64,000 nt of DNA from Lama glama (taxonomy: Eukaryota): assembly GCA_028534125.1 (NCBI GenBank), contig CM052816.1, positions 76,820,001 to 76,884,000 on the forward strand, given 5' to 3'. The notes beneath the pieces are model-generated. The model ran no database searches and was not told where the DNA came from. It was given only the letters and a program-made list of their open reading frames with translations. This document shows positions 1 to 12,328 of this stretch, piece after piece. How positions within the stretch are numbered: the stretch's first letter is position 1; every line of letters begins with the position of its first letter. Both the position numbers and the translations under genes were made by a program.

Positions 1-549
1 CATTGCTGAGGAGGCCAAAAGAAACTTTATAGTAAGAAATGGCTCTATTTAGCTAAGATCCCAAAGGAGTCATCAATTGTAGTACTATGAATGTTTTTAA
101 ATTTTACGAGCTTCCAAAATCAAAAAAGAGGGGAGATGACATCATAAGTGAGGGACTTTGCTTTATTAGCTTCCAGAGTCAGAAAAAAAGAGAAGGGAAA
201 TTATATCATTCATAAGAAAGATCTTACACATTTTTTGTCTCATATTTTGCCTTGCTTGGCTCTTTCTTTTACTGATGGGGAATTAAAGGGAAATCCCGTA
301 TCAAAAAACAGTGACCCTGGGGATTTAAATTTAAAATCTGTGGTTCTTTGTCTTCAGGAAAATTAGGGTTTGTGATTCTACTTCCTCTTCCTTCAGTCAA
401 GAGACAATATTTCTTAAGTTTGCATGTCCATGGTATAGGACACTGGTGGAAATCTTTGTGTCCTGTGTAAGGTAGAAGTAACATTTTGATTTTTTGTATT
501 TGAGAAATTTTTAAAATAGGGGGAGGAAAAAGCACAAAGTAGTAATAAC

Positions 550-1011
550 TATCAATAAAAAATTAATCAGTCTAAGAAAGAAATGAAACATGTTATTTGA
601 GCCAGATTTGAGGATTATAACCTGGGAAAAGCACCTCAGAAAACTCTGAGAACTGTTCCGCCAGTTGGAAATCAAGGCACAGTTACGTAAGTTTTTTGAG
701 ACCAAGGGCTGTACATCAAATGACAGATTATTGACAGTTTACACAATCCAGATCTAAGCATCATCCTGGTGGGTCATGTGACCCCTTACAAGATCAAGAA
801 GGAATGTTATCTTTTAAGGAGTTGTCTTGTTGATGCTAGAAGAACGTTGCTGTTTGTGGTTGAGCAGGTGTTCCTGTCAATGGGGGAGGTTTGGTGGATG
901 CACAGTGCAGATACACAATGCAGTGCGGGGAGAGGAGGTCAAAGGGAAGAAAAGAATTTTTTATGTTCAAATTTTTCTTGTCATGCCATAAAATATGAAT
1001 TTTATTCCACA
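550..1011 (-). mobile_element. ERV1-class solo LTR (MER4-group-like architecture)
   Basis: About 460 bp ending TTCCACA (TG on the minus strand). Imperfect 4-bp TSD TAAC/TGAC. The layout ttatttgagcc...ctcagaaaactctgagaactgttcc resembles reverse MER4-group LTRs. Confidence 0.65.
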
Positions 1012-1027
1012 TGACAAACACCAATGG

Positions 1028-1095
1028 ATCCATCACCAAGAGTTTTGTCATGTTTGTATGAATCCATCACCAAGAGTTTTGTCATGTTTGTATGA
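1028..1095. repeat. Perfect 34-bp tandem duplication
   Basis: atccatcaccaagagttttgtcatgtttgtatga at 1028-1061 and 1062-1095. Confidence 0.95.
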
Positions 1096-1784
1096 AATCT
1101 TTTCTAAAATGAAAAGAATAAATAGTACCTATAAAGTTGAAATCACTTATCTTTCCTCCTCAGGCTTATTTCCCAACTCTGCTTCCCAAAGACAGTCTCC
1201 ATCATGATTTCACTCTGATTCTCTTGGGGTTACTTCTTTACCTACCAGCCAGGGTGCATTCTGCTCATCCTGACCTATATGGCCAGGACTCCAAATCCCA
1301 GCAGATGGAGACAATGATGGCTCAGGTTGAGTCACTCATTGCTGCTGACCGGATCCTTCACCTCCTATCCTGATCTGGCCACTGATCTTGGAGATTCACA
1401 GTAGGCTTTGTGTGTGTCCAGAACAGACACAGCCTACATGGTGGGCCAAGCCTTCTGTTCCCCGGTTCCCACTTGGTCTTCTCAAGCTGAAAGGATTTCC
1501 CCCAACAAAAGACACTTCAGGTCAGTCTTACTGGATTCAAGAGACACAATCCTATAAGGAGAAGCCAGGAGGAGAATTTCAAGGGCTCTTGACTTTCCTC
1601 TCATGGGTTGCAAATCAAACGCCTCCTCTGGCCCGGTAGGTGACTTTCATGAGCCAAGTGGTTATGGCAAACTACATAGGCTCCGTGAAACTCCGTCTAC
1701 TTGTTTTATCAGGAAATCAGACTTATCAAGGAAAGCCACAAATCTGAATGAATATGTAATGTCACTCTAGTTTTCCCATTTCCC

Positions 1785-2205
1785 CATTTTTTTGTATTTA
1801 AATTTTAAATTCATCGAAAAGCGTAAACAAAAGTACAGCAGATAACTCTATTCCTGTCACTAGATTCACCCAAATGCTAGCATTTTGCCACATGATATGT
1901 ATGCATAAAAATGAGTTCCTGAATCATTTGAAAGGAAGTTGTGCAGATCATGACAATTCTTCCCTAAAAATTTAAGCATCTACCTTCTAAGAATAAGGGC
2001 ATCCTCTATTTTAACCATAACACCACTATCACCTCTAAAAAAAAAGTAACAATAGCTTTATCATTTAATTGCCCGTTTTGAAATTTCTCCAATTGTCCCA
2101 ACATTGTTTCATAATTTATTTTTGTTCAACTCAGAATCCAATCAAGATTTATGTATTGCATTTCATTGCCATATCTCTTTGGTACCTTTTTAATCTAGAG
2201 GAGTT
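1785..2205 (-). mobile_element. Old L1 (L1MC-like) 3' fragment
   Basis: Degenerate motifs gaatcatttgaa..gttgtgcagatcatgac and taagaataagggcatcctct..taaccataacacc typical of L1MC 3' ends. Confidence 0.55.
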
Positions 2206-2234
2206 TCCTTCTTCTTATATTTTTCAAAACTATT

Positions 2235-2610
2235 TTTTGTTTCATTTTTGCTATTTTTTAATTGAAGTATAATCAATTACAATGTTGTGTCAATTTCTGT
2301 GTACAGCATAATGTTTCAGTCATACACATACATCCATATATTCCTTTTCATTATAGGTTACTACAAGATATTGAATACAAGTCCCTGGGCTATACAGTGG
2401 AAACTTGTTGGTTATCTATTTTATATATAGTAGTTAGTATCTGCAAATCTTGAAGTCTCAATTTATCCCTTCCCACCCCATTTCCTCCCTGGTAACAATA
2501 GGTTTGTTTTCTATGTCTGTGAGTCTATTTCTGTTTTTTAAATAAGTTCACTTGTGTTGTTGTTGTTGTTGTTTTAGATTCCACATGTAAGCGATACAGT
2601 ATTTTTCATT
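2235..2610 (-). mobile_element. Lineage L1 3' UTR fragment
   Basis: T-tail then attgaagtata..tacaatgttgtgtcaatttct..gtacagc..caagatattgaat..ttagattccacat. The same family occurs at 12329, 22822, 30921, 48016 and 58025. Confidence 0.85.
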
Positions 2611-2914
2611 CTCTTTATTTGCATCAAAAGTATTTTAATTGTTGGTAATGAATATGATTTTAATGAATTTGTGTATGCATGTGTATTCACCACATACTCA
2701 CACATAGGCAACAAAAGTAGGTTCTCAGGCCAGCTTCATGCTGTGGGGTACCTCTCTGCACCCAGGTATAGTCTGTCAAAGGTCTCACTTCCAAAAGCAT
2801 AGTCAACATGGTCTTTGTCTTGGCCCCGTATTAGTACATTCACTTATCAGGCATGGAAAGATGAGACAGAAAAATTCCTTCTCTCGTTGCTATTAACTTT
2901 CAGCCTTAGCACTG

Positions 2915-3085
2915 ATACTGTGCTAACCTCTGAGAATGAATTAGATGAGAGTCACCTGAGAGAGAGCGACTTAGAAGTGCAAGTGGCTGGGCTCCACCCC
3001 AAACCTACTCAATCTGGAATCACGCTTATTTTAAAAGCAACTCTGTCACTCCTCAGAACATTAAAGTGCGAGGGCTACAGTTCTA
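2915..3085. mobile_element. MER5A-like hAT-Charlie relic
   Basis: gagtcacctg..gctgggctccaccccaaacctactcaatctggaatc..taaagt motif order. Confidence 0.5.
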
Positions 3086-3141
3086 AAGTCACACAGATAA
3101 ATTAAGGGTCTGGCCCTGCCACTGGCAAGTTCTAGTGGAAC

Positions 3142-3695
3142 TGTTACCCCAAAAGTTAAAGACCCCAGTTCTTATCATACCGGAAGTATAAGTTTATGGT
3201 CGGGAGACGGTACGCTGCTGCATAGCAAAAGATTTTAAAAGATTTATTTAGAAAAGGAAAAGTACACCCCCAAGAACAGGAGTCGGGCTGATCCAAAGGA
3301 GGAAAAGCAGTGGTTTTGGCCTCCCCTTTCTCTTACACTCTCTCTTGGAGGTGGTCTCTTGATTGATTGACGGCTCTTGTCCCTGGAACGCTGAGTCATG
3401 TCTGGTCCCTTTGCGCATGTCCTTACCCAGGGTGTACACAGAAAAACCCAACGTGGGGGAGCAGGGGGAGCTAAACTGCAGTGTTAATTATAATACAGTG
3501 AACACTGGGTCATGTCCCATTAAGTCCTTTCTGCTACCGCGCAGTTGTGGCTGGCAGGGTCTCACCGGTTTCTTGCTGGTACTCATGTAGAAGTAAAGTC
3601 TTTATGCTGGAAGCAGGCATGCCGCCATCTTCCGGCCCATCCTCCCTCTCCTCCACCTGTCTGCCCGGGGCCCCCACCTATCTCACTAGCTAACA
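3142..3695 (-). mobile_element. ERV1-class solo LTR
   Basis: Termini TGTTA...TAACA, perfect 4-bp TSD GAAC (3138-3141 / 3696-3699), 554 bp. TTTATT near 3243 is a minus-strand polyA signal. Confidence 0.85.
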
Positions 3696-3729
3696 GAACC
3701 AAGACCGGAAACCACGGGAGGCAGTAAGT

Positions 3730-4290
3730 CCTCTGGAAGCCCAGAGGGAAGGTCAGAGAAGGCATTGGTTGGGGAGGTGAACTCTGGAGGCTGAAGATGA
3801 AGCCAGAGTTAACCAGACAAAGAGGAAGGGGAAAAGTATGGAAGTGAGAGACACAGAAACTACGCCGTGTGCACCTGGAGGTGTGGCAAGGGCTGACGAA
3901 GGATAGCCCAGCACACCAAGTTAAGGAGTTTCCATGTATATTTTTTTCTGAAGGGTTGGAGAGCCACTGAAGTGCTTTAAGCCACCATGATCCAGTTGAT
4001 CAGAGGAAGGGCATGCTTGACAGGCCTGAGAAGAGAGCACTTAGAGGCAGAGCAGCTCCGTAAGAGGCCACTGCAGCTACTGAGGCAGGAAGTGATGAAG
4101 GCAGTGGAAAGGGGGACAGCGGGATTCAGGAGACACCTGGGACAGGAGCACCAGGACGTGTGGTGGAGATGTGAACTTGGGAGTCAGAGGAGAGAGACTA
4201 AACCTGATCCTGGACTCATGCTTCAGTCTTGTGTGTTTGGGTGACTATGGTGCCTGTTGGACATTCAGGTGATAATGTCCCTTCGGTGGT
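3730..4290 (-). mobile_element. L2 fragment
   Basis: Purine-rich degenerate motifs gagccactgaag.gctttaagc..atgatc and gattcaggagac typical of L2. Confidence 0.55.
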
Positions 4291-7200
4291 TACCTGGTCA
4301 GGAGAGCAGAACCGAGAGCCTCAGACCCAGGACAGACCCAGGAGAAGTGATGCAGCTGGGGCAGAATGCGGTGAGGAGTCAGGCTTTGGCTCCAACAGAG
4401 GGCTTGGCTGGATTCATCTGCTAAAGAAAGGAGCTGGTAAACCCATTTGAATGGGTGGAACCAACCAGTAGCGAATACTGGTTTTGTTTGTGTCCTGTGC
4501 CCTTTGCCTTCCACCAGTGCTATGATTTCCTCTCTCCACTCTTCTCCAGTGGTCTCCACAGTGGAGGACCCTCCAAAGGAGGCTTCAAGACAGTTTATTG
4601 AGCATCAAGAGAAATTGTTAAAAATGTTACGTTTTTTAAAAATCTCATCTTTTCTATTTTTGTTTATATTATAAATCACAATGCATAAAGTATATTCCCA
4701 AAGTAATATATATGTGTGTGCATCTAGATACTTAGACAAGATTCACTAATAATTACCCGGATAGCAGGCATACATGCTCAAATATATTTTATTGCTAGCT
4801 ATACGCAATGAAAAATCTTGAGTGACCACGCTTCTGTGTGACAAAACTCAGGAAAGGAGAGATTCCAGAATGAGAAGGGAGGATGTGGGTTCAGGTCTTG
4901 CATGTTCACTACTCAAAGGTTGCTGGTCTCTTTCCAAAGGTTCTGCCCGCTGATAGAACCCCATGGGGCAGAACCCCCAGAAGTTGTTCAAGTTGCTTGT
5001 ACCTTTGCCTCTTTTGAATGCATTTTTAGAACCCGAGAAATTGAGAGTTGCAAAAATCTTTAATGTTGATCAGCTAAATTTCTGCTTTCCTAAGAAGCAA
5101 GAAAAGGTAGATTAGAGAAGAAAGTTGGTGTCAGAGGGAGAAAGAGCCTGGAGCCTGTCCTGAATCTTGCAGGTTGTAATGTTTCTCTGATCTGTGTGCC
5201 AGAGTTTTGAGGGGAAGGAAGGGAAGTAGCTCTTAAAGTCAAAGAAAAGAAGAACAACCTCTTTCTTGGCTTCTCTCCTACGTGATCCATCCTCATCCTG
5301 ATCACCAGGGTGTCTGGACACAGGGTGGTTTCTGACAGCGGGCAGTGGACTCCCTCTAGGAATATGCATCTCTCAGAGCCTGTGGTCATCGGACATCGTT
5401 GGCTTAGAGACAGAAGTCCTGACACCAAGTGGATGTCAGTAGAGCGAAGGAGAGCTTTCAGAAGGGCGTGGACTCATCTGTGCTTCATGTCCTGCTCCTT
5501 AGTCTGGAGCAGTGCGGTGCTTGGGCTCCTGTCCACGGCACTCCTGTGCTGCAAGAGCAGAAGTTTGAAGCCCGCCCCATCGTCTTCACACTACACCCAG
5601 ATCCTCCTGGGAAAGGAAGCCATCAAGATAGCGCTAAAGCCTAGCTCCAGGCTAAATTATTTTCACTCCGAACACATTCATGATTTGTTTTCTGAATAAG
5701 TCACTGGAGGCTCTACGTGGCACAGCAGGGATGGCGGAGCCACCAGGACCAGGTCACGTCTCCTGGATAAAGGGCTGGATTGGCTATTGGCTTTGTGGCA
5801 CTTATTCCTTTAAGAACCAGAATATGAACTTTATCATTTTTAAATTGATGGGAAATGCATATTATAATTGTAAAGTGTAAGAACAATAATATGGATCATA
5901 CTTTACTTTAGAAACAGAAAAGCAAACACGTTCACAAGCCATAAGTATAAACAGGCCAATGCTGTAAATAGTCATTATATCAACCAAAGCTGAAGTAAAA
6001 GGCTCCCAACTTGGGGTACAGGTGAGGATGGGATGAGACAGGGACAGTAGAAGAATTTGTCTGGACTAGAGAGACAGAAACTCTGACGTCCTCCTAAATG
6101 GGTATTGATTTGGGTAGTAATGAGCTGACTTCTTCGATCCTCATCCCATAACCACCCCCCTCCACTCACTAATTTTCCTTTTATCGTGCTTTATTTCCTT
6201 GTGTTATGCTCAGGATGGGGAAGGAAAAGCCTTGTATTCAAGTCCACAAAGAATGAGCTATTCATTGAGACCTTCATCATTTGCCTAGAATTGCCCTTGC
6301 TGGGGGGAGGGACAAGCCCTGAACATTTCATAAAACATCCAGAAGCACTGAGGTGTGAGCCATGCTTCTGTAGCCAGTGTAATGTAAGATCTAACATTTG
6401 ATGTAAGAAACCTTTGAATGATTTTATTTTGTTTTGTGGTTCAGGTTTCCTTGTACTTTATGAAAAGCTTTAGGGAGTAGCTGCAAAAATAATGAAAAGT
6501 AGATACTCAAATTCTAACCCCATATTACGTTATTGCTTAAAAAAATGCAAGTAATTCTTTCCAACTCCACTTTCTGTTAACACCATATCAAAGGAATGAC
6601 ATGTGAAGACAAATACGCACCTCATATTTTGTATTCTTTCCATTAACCGAAGGGGGAAACTGCTACTGCTATGTGGTGTCTTAAAAGTCTCATGTTAAAT
6701 TGCTGGTTCAGAAAATTGGTCACATATATCCAGAGTCCAGAAAATACATGTAGCCAGGCTACATATATCCAAGTGAAAGAGGTTTATTATACCAAAAACA
6801 GTGCTCTTGCTTTTACATCTATTGATTATAAGCTAAATAACATAGAGGACACGGGGAGAACCAAATGGGATTTTTGTCATCATTACTATGTTATTGTTAT
6901 CGGATAATAATAGATTGCTGCACATATTTTCCTTTATAAGGAAAGACTTTATAAAAATAGAAAACAATTGCGTGTGTATTATTATATCATGATAAGATCA
7001 GCCCCAGATAAGATAGATGTGGGTAAGGGTCACAAGTGTCTACCCTTCCATTTATTTCAGGAGCTCAGTATCATGTCACTAGACTGGCCTCGTGGCTTTT
7101 TGTTTGTTTTTATGAAATCTTCAAAGCTTTTCAGACACTACCAATAAGCCCAGCTATCACCCAAATCTAATAAAACATTTCATTTTTTCAGTAAAATCTT

Positions 7201-7981
7201 TCTAAATCTTTTCAGTAAAATATTTCTTCTTCCCTCTTTTTGGAAGGCAAAATTGATTTTTACCCCTCAGAGGTGTAAATTGCTAGACTCATCTTCCCCT
7301 GGGATAAATGCATGAAAAAAGCCGCAGTCCCCACCCTTAAAGAGCTAAAGGTCTAGAGGGAGAGACAGACTCGTCTCCAACAACTGAAAGATAGCACAGA
7401 AGCCAAAGGAAGGATGCCTTCTCCAGTCTTCGGGGACCGAGATCAGAAGTTGGTGATAAATCTACACAAGGCTTTGAGGCACGAGTAGGAGTTATTCAGG
7501 TGAAAAAAGAGAGAGGAGGTATATCACATGAAGACAGGGCACATTCTGGGTCTTGGCAGATTTTCTTTTGTTTTTGGAATCAGAGGGAGTTTGGTGGGGG
7601 CAGAAGAAACATAAGACTGACTTTTAAAAAATCAACATTTTTCTCCTCTCTCTCTCCCTCATAACCATACCAGTAAAGGATGGTAAAGCTGCTTCCTGGT
7701 GCCAGAGCCCAGCCTCCTTCTAACTCTGGCTCTGCCATCACTAAGGTATTACCAAGCCTTGGTCATCAAAGAACAGAACAGCTCTGCCCTCACAGCAGGG
7801 ACAGAGGCTGGCTGGCCCCAGCTTAAAGCACTGCCCAGAAGTCTATAAAGCTCTTCAGCCTTGAGTCCACTGGCCAAAACTCAGTCATATGGTCACAACC
7901 AGTGGCAAGAGGGACTAGAAAATGTCCTGTTCAGTGTAGTCGTGTGCCTGTCTAAAAAGCAAGAACCCTCTTACTACAGAA

Positions 7982-8193
7982 CAGGCATTGCAAACTTCTT
8001 CTGCAAAGGGCCAAATGGTAAATATTTTAGGACACAAACAGTCTTTGTCGTGTATTGTTGTTGTTATTCTTCATCTTCTTCTTTGTTTTCCTTACAACTC
8101 TTTAAAGAACTTGAAACCCATCCTTAGCTTGAGGCGCTGCAAAACAGACCATAGGCCAGATTGGGCACATGGGTCAAAGTTTGTCAACCCCTG
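7982..8193. mobile_element. MER58-like hAT-Charlie element
   Basis: Termini caggcattgcaaacttcttctgcaaagggccaaatggtaaatattttagg ... aagtttgtcaacccctg. Confidence 0.7.
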
Positions 8194-9869
8194 GCTTGTA
8201 CTGAACTTCATACTTTAGTTAAAGATTGTTAAACATAGGGGGAAAAAAAGTTTGTCAACCCTGAGTATGGAAGAAGGGACAATTATGTAAGGGGGGAGGT
8301 GGCCATCTCTGGCATAACCTCTACAAGATTATAAACAACTCAGAGGAATTCACCTTTCTAGTCCAGCACAGTGCTTGGCCCACACAGTAGGTGCTTAATG
8401 TGTATGACTAATGAATGAATGAATGAGTAGAAAGAAGATAGGGGAGGGTCATTTAACAGCCACGACTTCTTAAAATCCCGTCTCGTCCCAATGGTAGTCT
8501 CTTAACCTGGATTGTCATTTGTATACTCCGTTTTCTCCAGCGTTTGAAGAAAAGTCTAAACAAGCACAGACAAGAGTGACTCCATGAGCTTTCCACCCAC
8601 TGCACCCCCTTGAGTTCAGTCCAGCAGCCCACTTCACCTCCCAACTACAGATGCAATGGGGTCCCAAATTCTCCACATGTCGGAATGGACCTCCCTAGTG
8701 ACAGCACCCCCATCCTTGACCTCCACTGCTGGCTGACACCCCCGGGTGTGCAGGCGAATTACAGAACCAAAGGTCTCCCAGGTTCTTGACAGCCATGGTG
8801 GTTTTGTTCTTTTAAAGATCACGTGCTTGGTGGGAATGTCAGCAGAAGTATTCAGGCTGAATAGACACTTCTAAGTTCCCCTCTCTCCTCCTTCTTACTC
8901 AATATCCTGAGGGCATAATAGAACTTTTCTGTCAAAGTCAGCCTGGTGGGGTGGGGTCGGGGGGAGCAGGGGGAGGGTGGATCACTCAACCGTTCCCCCG
9001 GACGTCTTCCTGCCAGGGCTCAGAAAGTGCCAGAGTGCTTGGATTCTGCAGGCCGAGCAGACACAACAGCCAACAGTGAGGAGGGGCCCAGCCCCCAGCC
9101 CCAGGAAGACCCGCTCGGCATCCTCCCACGTCATTCTGCATGAGTCAGGTAACAGCTCGGCCCAGGCTGCCCCTTGCCAATAAACGGGCAATTTTTTACA
9201 GGAGGAAAAGGGACCACCTCCAAATCCTGGCAGCACAGACTGTGCTCGCTGGAATCATGGACAGAAAGGCGTGTTCTGTTGGCAAAGGGCAGAGCGGTGG
9301 AGATCAGACACTGCAGCTCAGCCTCACTGCAGCCAGAAGGGCCGTGAGCAGATAAAAGTGTGTCTGTCACTTGCTGTTTCATAACTGGACAGGTCTTCTC
9401 ACACAAACCTGTTCCAGCCTCTGGTGCTGCTGGTATCAAAGGAAGCCTTGCGACAGAACCAGAATCACACTCCTAACCGTGCACAGCGATTGATTTCATC
9501 TTGGCTCCTGACAGGCTCACCCTTTGGAGGAAGAGGAGCAAATTCCACTTTCCCCACAGCCTAAGATCTGGCAGGAGGTGGAGATCCGTGTGACATGTGT
9601 ACACAGACTAGGGCAAGGGGGTTACACTGTCATCAACCCTGCCTTCTCAGAAGGAAGCCTGGCAAACTGGGACAAATGATGACAAAAGTCCACAGGTCAT
9701 CTGAGGAAATCTTTCAGGGCAACCAGTAACTCTAAAATGGGGTTGGAGCCTTCTGCTCTCTTGTGTGAATTGCTGCCTCTTGTGAAAAAGTCACAAGGCC
9801 TTTCCCGTGCTCCCCCTTTGAACTAAACTTACAATGAGGTAATTAAAAGAAGAAAGTGGGCCTTTTACT

Positions 9870-9990
9870 CTGCCTCCTACCGGCTGTGTGACTTTGGGCC
9901 AGCCGCTTAACCTCTGTGTGCCTCAGTTTCCTTCTCTAAAAAAAGAGGACATTTATATAATAGTACTTAATTCATAGAGCTGTTGTGAAT
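9870..9990 (+). mobile_element. MIR
   Basis: gctgtgtgactttgggc..cttaacctctgtgtgcctcagtttcct core. Confidence 0.8.
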
Positions 9991-10616
9991 ATAAAATTAT
10001 ACACACTTATTGTGTACTAATATATAATAATAAATCATAAATATTTGCATTTGAAATATTTTGGCATTAGAGGTTATTCTGTATAGACAAATAGATGGGT
10101 TTATGATCACAAGGCAAAATCTTGGCTGTGCTTTTCTATCCATGTTGTGAGACTGTCAGGGGAGATTTTATGTTGCTCAAAACGCGTGCATATACAGGGT
10201 GAGGCACAAACTTCAAATATTCTAACGTCTCAAGAAATTAATGATAAATGAGAGGGAGGAAGACAAGTTTGTTTTTCCAATGAAGCCACATCTTTAAAAC
10301 TGCTCCATTGAAGGTGGTCATAAATATCAAAGGAACTGCGATGCATACAAGGGACACCCTGGAGAAGCTGGCCTTCTGTTCCAAACAGAAATGGCTGGGA
10401 AGGACTCCATTTCTCTTGGGAAATTATTTTCAAAGTTTCCATCCATGCTGCCTGCTTGTCATTTCCATCCATTTATCTAACTCCCAGTGGGCTTCAAATG
10501 CTTCCCAGCTCCTGCGGGAATCCAGAGGCCCCTTTCCTGGACCCCGGAGCTCAATAAAGCTGGTTTCTGGGGAAATTCACCCTTGAAAGTTGGGCTGCCT
10601 CATTGAGCAGTCACAT

Positions 10617-10629
10617 TGCCACCTAGTGG
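10617..10629 (-). promoter_or_regulatory. Candidate CTCF site
   Basis: TGCCACCTAGTGG matches the CTCF core TGCCMYCTRGTGG exactly. Motif only, no binding data. Confidence 0.55.
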
Positions 10630-10879
10630 TGCAAAGACTAAGTGCAAGTGACTGCTTTGAAGCTTTTTCTAGCCTTGTTGTGCCTCCAAAACCATGTTTT
10701 CTTTCCATTATTGGAACCCCATGTTAACAAGAGAGAGACAGTTAGGGGGAGTAGACAAAATCCTTCATTTGTCTGAGGCATTAGCAGAGGCTTCCTCTGA
10801 GTGAGCATTTCTAAGAACAAGAATGTGGGAGAGGACTGTGGCTCACTGGCAAGGTTAAGGCTGTAGTCCCAGAGATTGT

Positions 10880-11070
10880 GGATAAGACCATGGCTCCAAA
10901 ATCAAGATCTGAGTTTGAATGGGGGCTCTGCCAGTCACCAGCTGTGGGCCTTAGGTGAATTACTGACCTGCCCCATGCCTTAGTTTCTTTATCTGTTCTT
11001 TATCTGCCCCATGCCTTGGTTTCTTTATCTATAAAATGGGGAGAACAATAACTTCTTCATGGTGTGTTAT
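10880..11070 (+). mobile_element. MIR with internal duplication
   Basis: ctgagtttgaat..ctctgcca..gctgtgggccttaggt..tataaaatggg. Confidence 0.75.
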
Positions 11071-11648
11071 GAGCACCTAGCACGGAAGGCAATCCACAGC
11101 ATTATCTATGGTTGTGACCGCTTTTTAAGAGGAAGATGCGGTCGGAGCTGCTATCCACAGGTCAGGCAGCACAGGACAGTGGAAAGCCCAATGGATAAGC
11201 CAGTAGGAGACCAAGATTCTGGTTCTGCCGCTAAGTAGCTCTGTGACTTTGGACAGATCCCTTGTCCTGTTTCCTCTCTGTAAAATGAAGAGCTTGAATT
11301 TGCTGACATTTAAGGGTTTTTTTTTTCTTTCTCAAACATTGTGAATCTAAGGTAAGTTGTCCCATTAAAATTGGCCCACCTTTAATGCCCATTTTGACTT
11401 TTCTTTTTACCATAGCCCAGGATCAAGCATGTCCCAAGCATTTATTTCTATAGTTGCTGTCTGGTGAGAAGTGGAGGTTAGAATTGTCTCTGTATCAACC
11501 ACTAGAAATAGACCAAGTACGTGTTTGGGCAGGAATGAGAATCCAATAGGAAGTCCTAGAAGTTGAAGAATATTCGCTCGTCAAAAGCTGATCTGGGGTT
11601 TCTCTGATACATTTGGAGAATTCGGGACTTACGTTTTTGTTCATTTGC

Positions 11649-11651
<3 letters not shown>

Positions 11652-11679
<28 letters not shown>
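11652..11679. repeat. (GT)n microsatellite
   Basis: Direct reading. Confidence 0.95.
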
Positions 11680-11682
<3 letters not shown>

Positions 11683-12056
11683 TGTTTATCTCTGCTAACC
11701 AGCCTCCTAACGTGAACAGAAAATCAGCAAAACCACTGAGCTGTATAAATTCAATATATACTTTACTTATATAGTATTTCCAAGTCTGTGCCACCAGTGT
11801 TGGTTAGACTAGCACCTGGCCATGGTCCCAAGAGCTGGTTAAATGCCACCAAAGCTTACGTGCTGCATGTGACTAACTCCCACTCTGTCATTCCAACCCA
11901 GCAGGGATGCCTTACTCTGGGGTGATAACAAATGGTGGCCCATAAAAGGTAATCATGAAACAAGACTTTCTGCCTTTCATCCTGAACTTCATCCGTGCGG
12001 GTGCTTGGACACTTACAGAAACAAGCACAAAGGCATTCTGGACCTTTGTGAGTGCC

Positions 12057-12325
12057 TGTTAAATTCTCGTGGTTCCCATAACAAATGATCACAACTAGGT
12101 GGCTTAGAACACCAGAAATTTATTCTCTCACAGTTCTGGAGGCCAGAATTCTGAAACCAAGGTGTCAACAAGGCCATGCTCCCTCCAAAAGCTCTTGAGG
12201 AGAATCCAGTGTTTGCCCCTTCCAGCTTCTGGTAGCTCCTGGCATTCAGCTTGTGGCTGAATCACTACAAGCTCTGCCTCTAGCTTCACTGGCCTTCTCC
12301 TCTTCTCTTGTCTTCTCTTCTTCTG
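12057..12325 (-). mobile_element. MLT1 (ERVL-MaLR) LTR, partial
   Basis: ggtggcttagaacaccagaaatttattctctcacagttctggaggccagaa..ccaaggtgtc..ccagcttctggt. Confidence 0.85.
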
Positions 12326-12328
12326 CAT

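Noticed and set aside
6170..6230. Acceptor-like tract followed by cag|gatgggga, resembling the exon start
   Set aside because: Similarity ends after a few bases; no matching donor or homology.
11349..11357. Perfect donor AAG|GTAAGT (also GAG|GTAAGA near 14680) as exon 1 ends
   Set aside because: Isolated donor motifs are common, and there is no supporting promoter or exon evidence from sequence alone.
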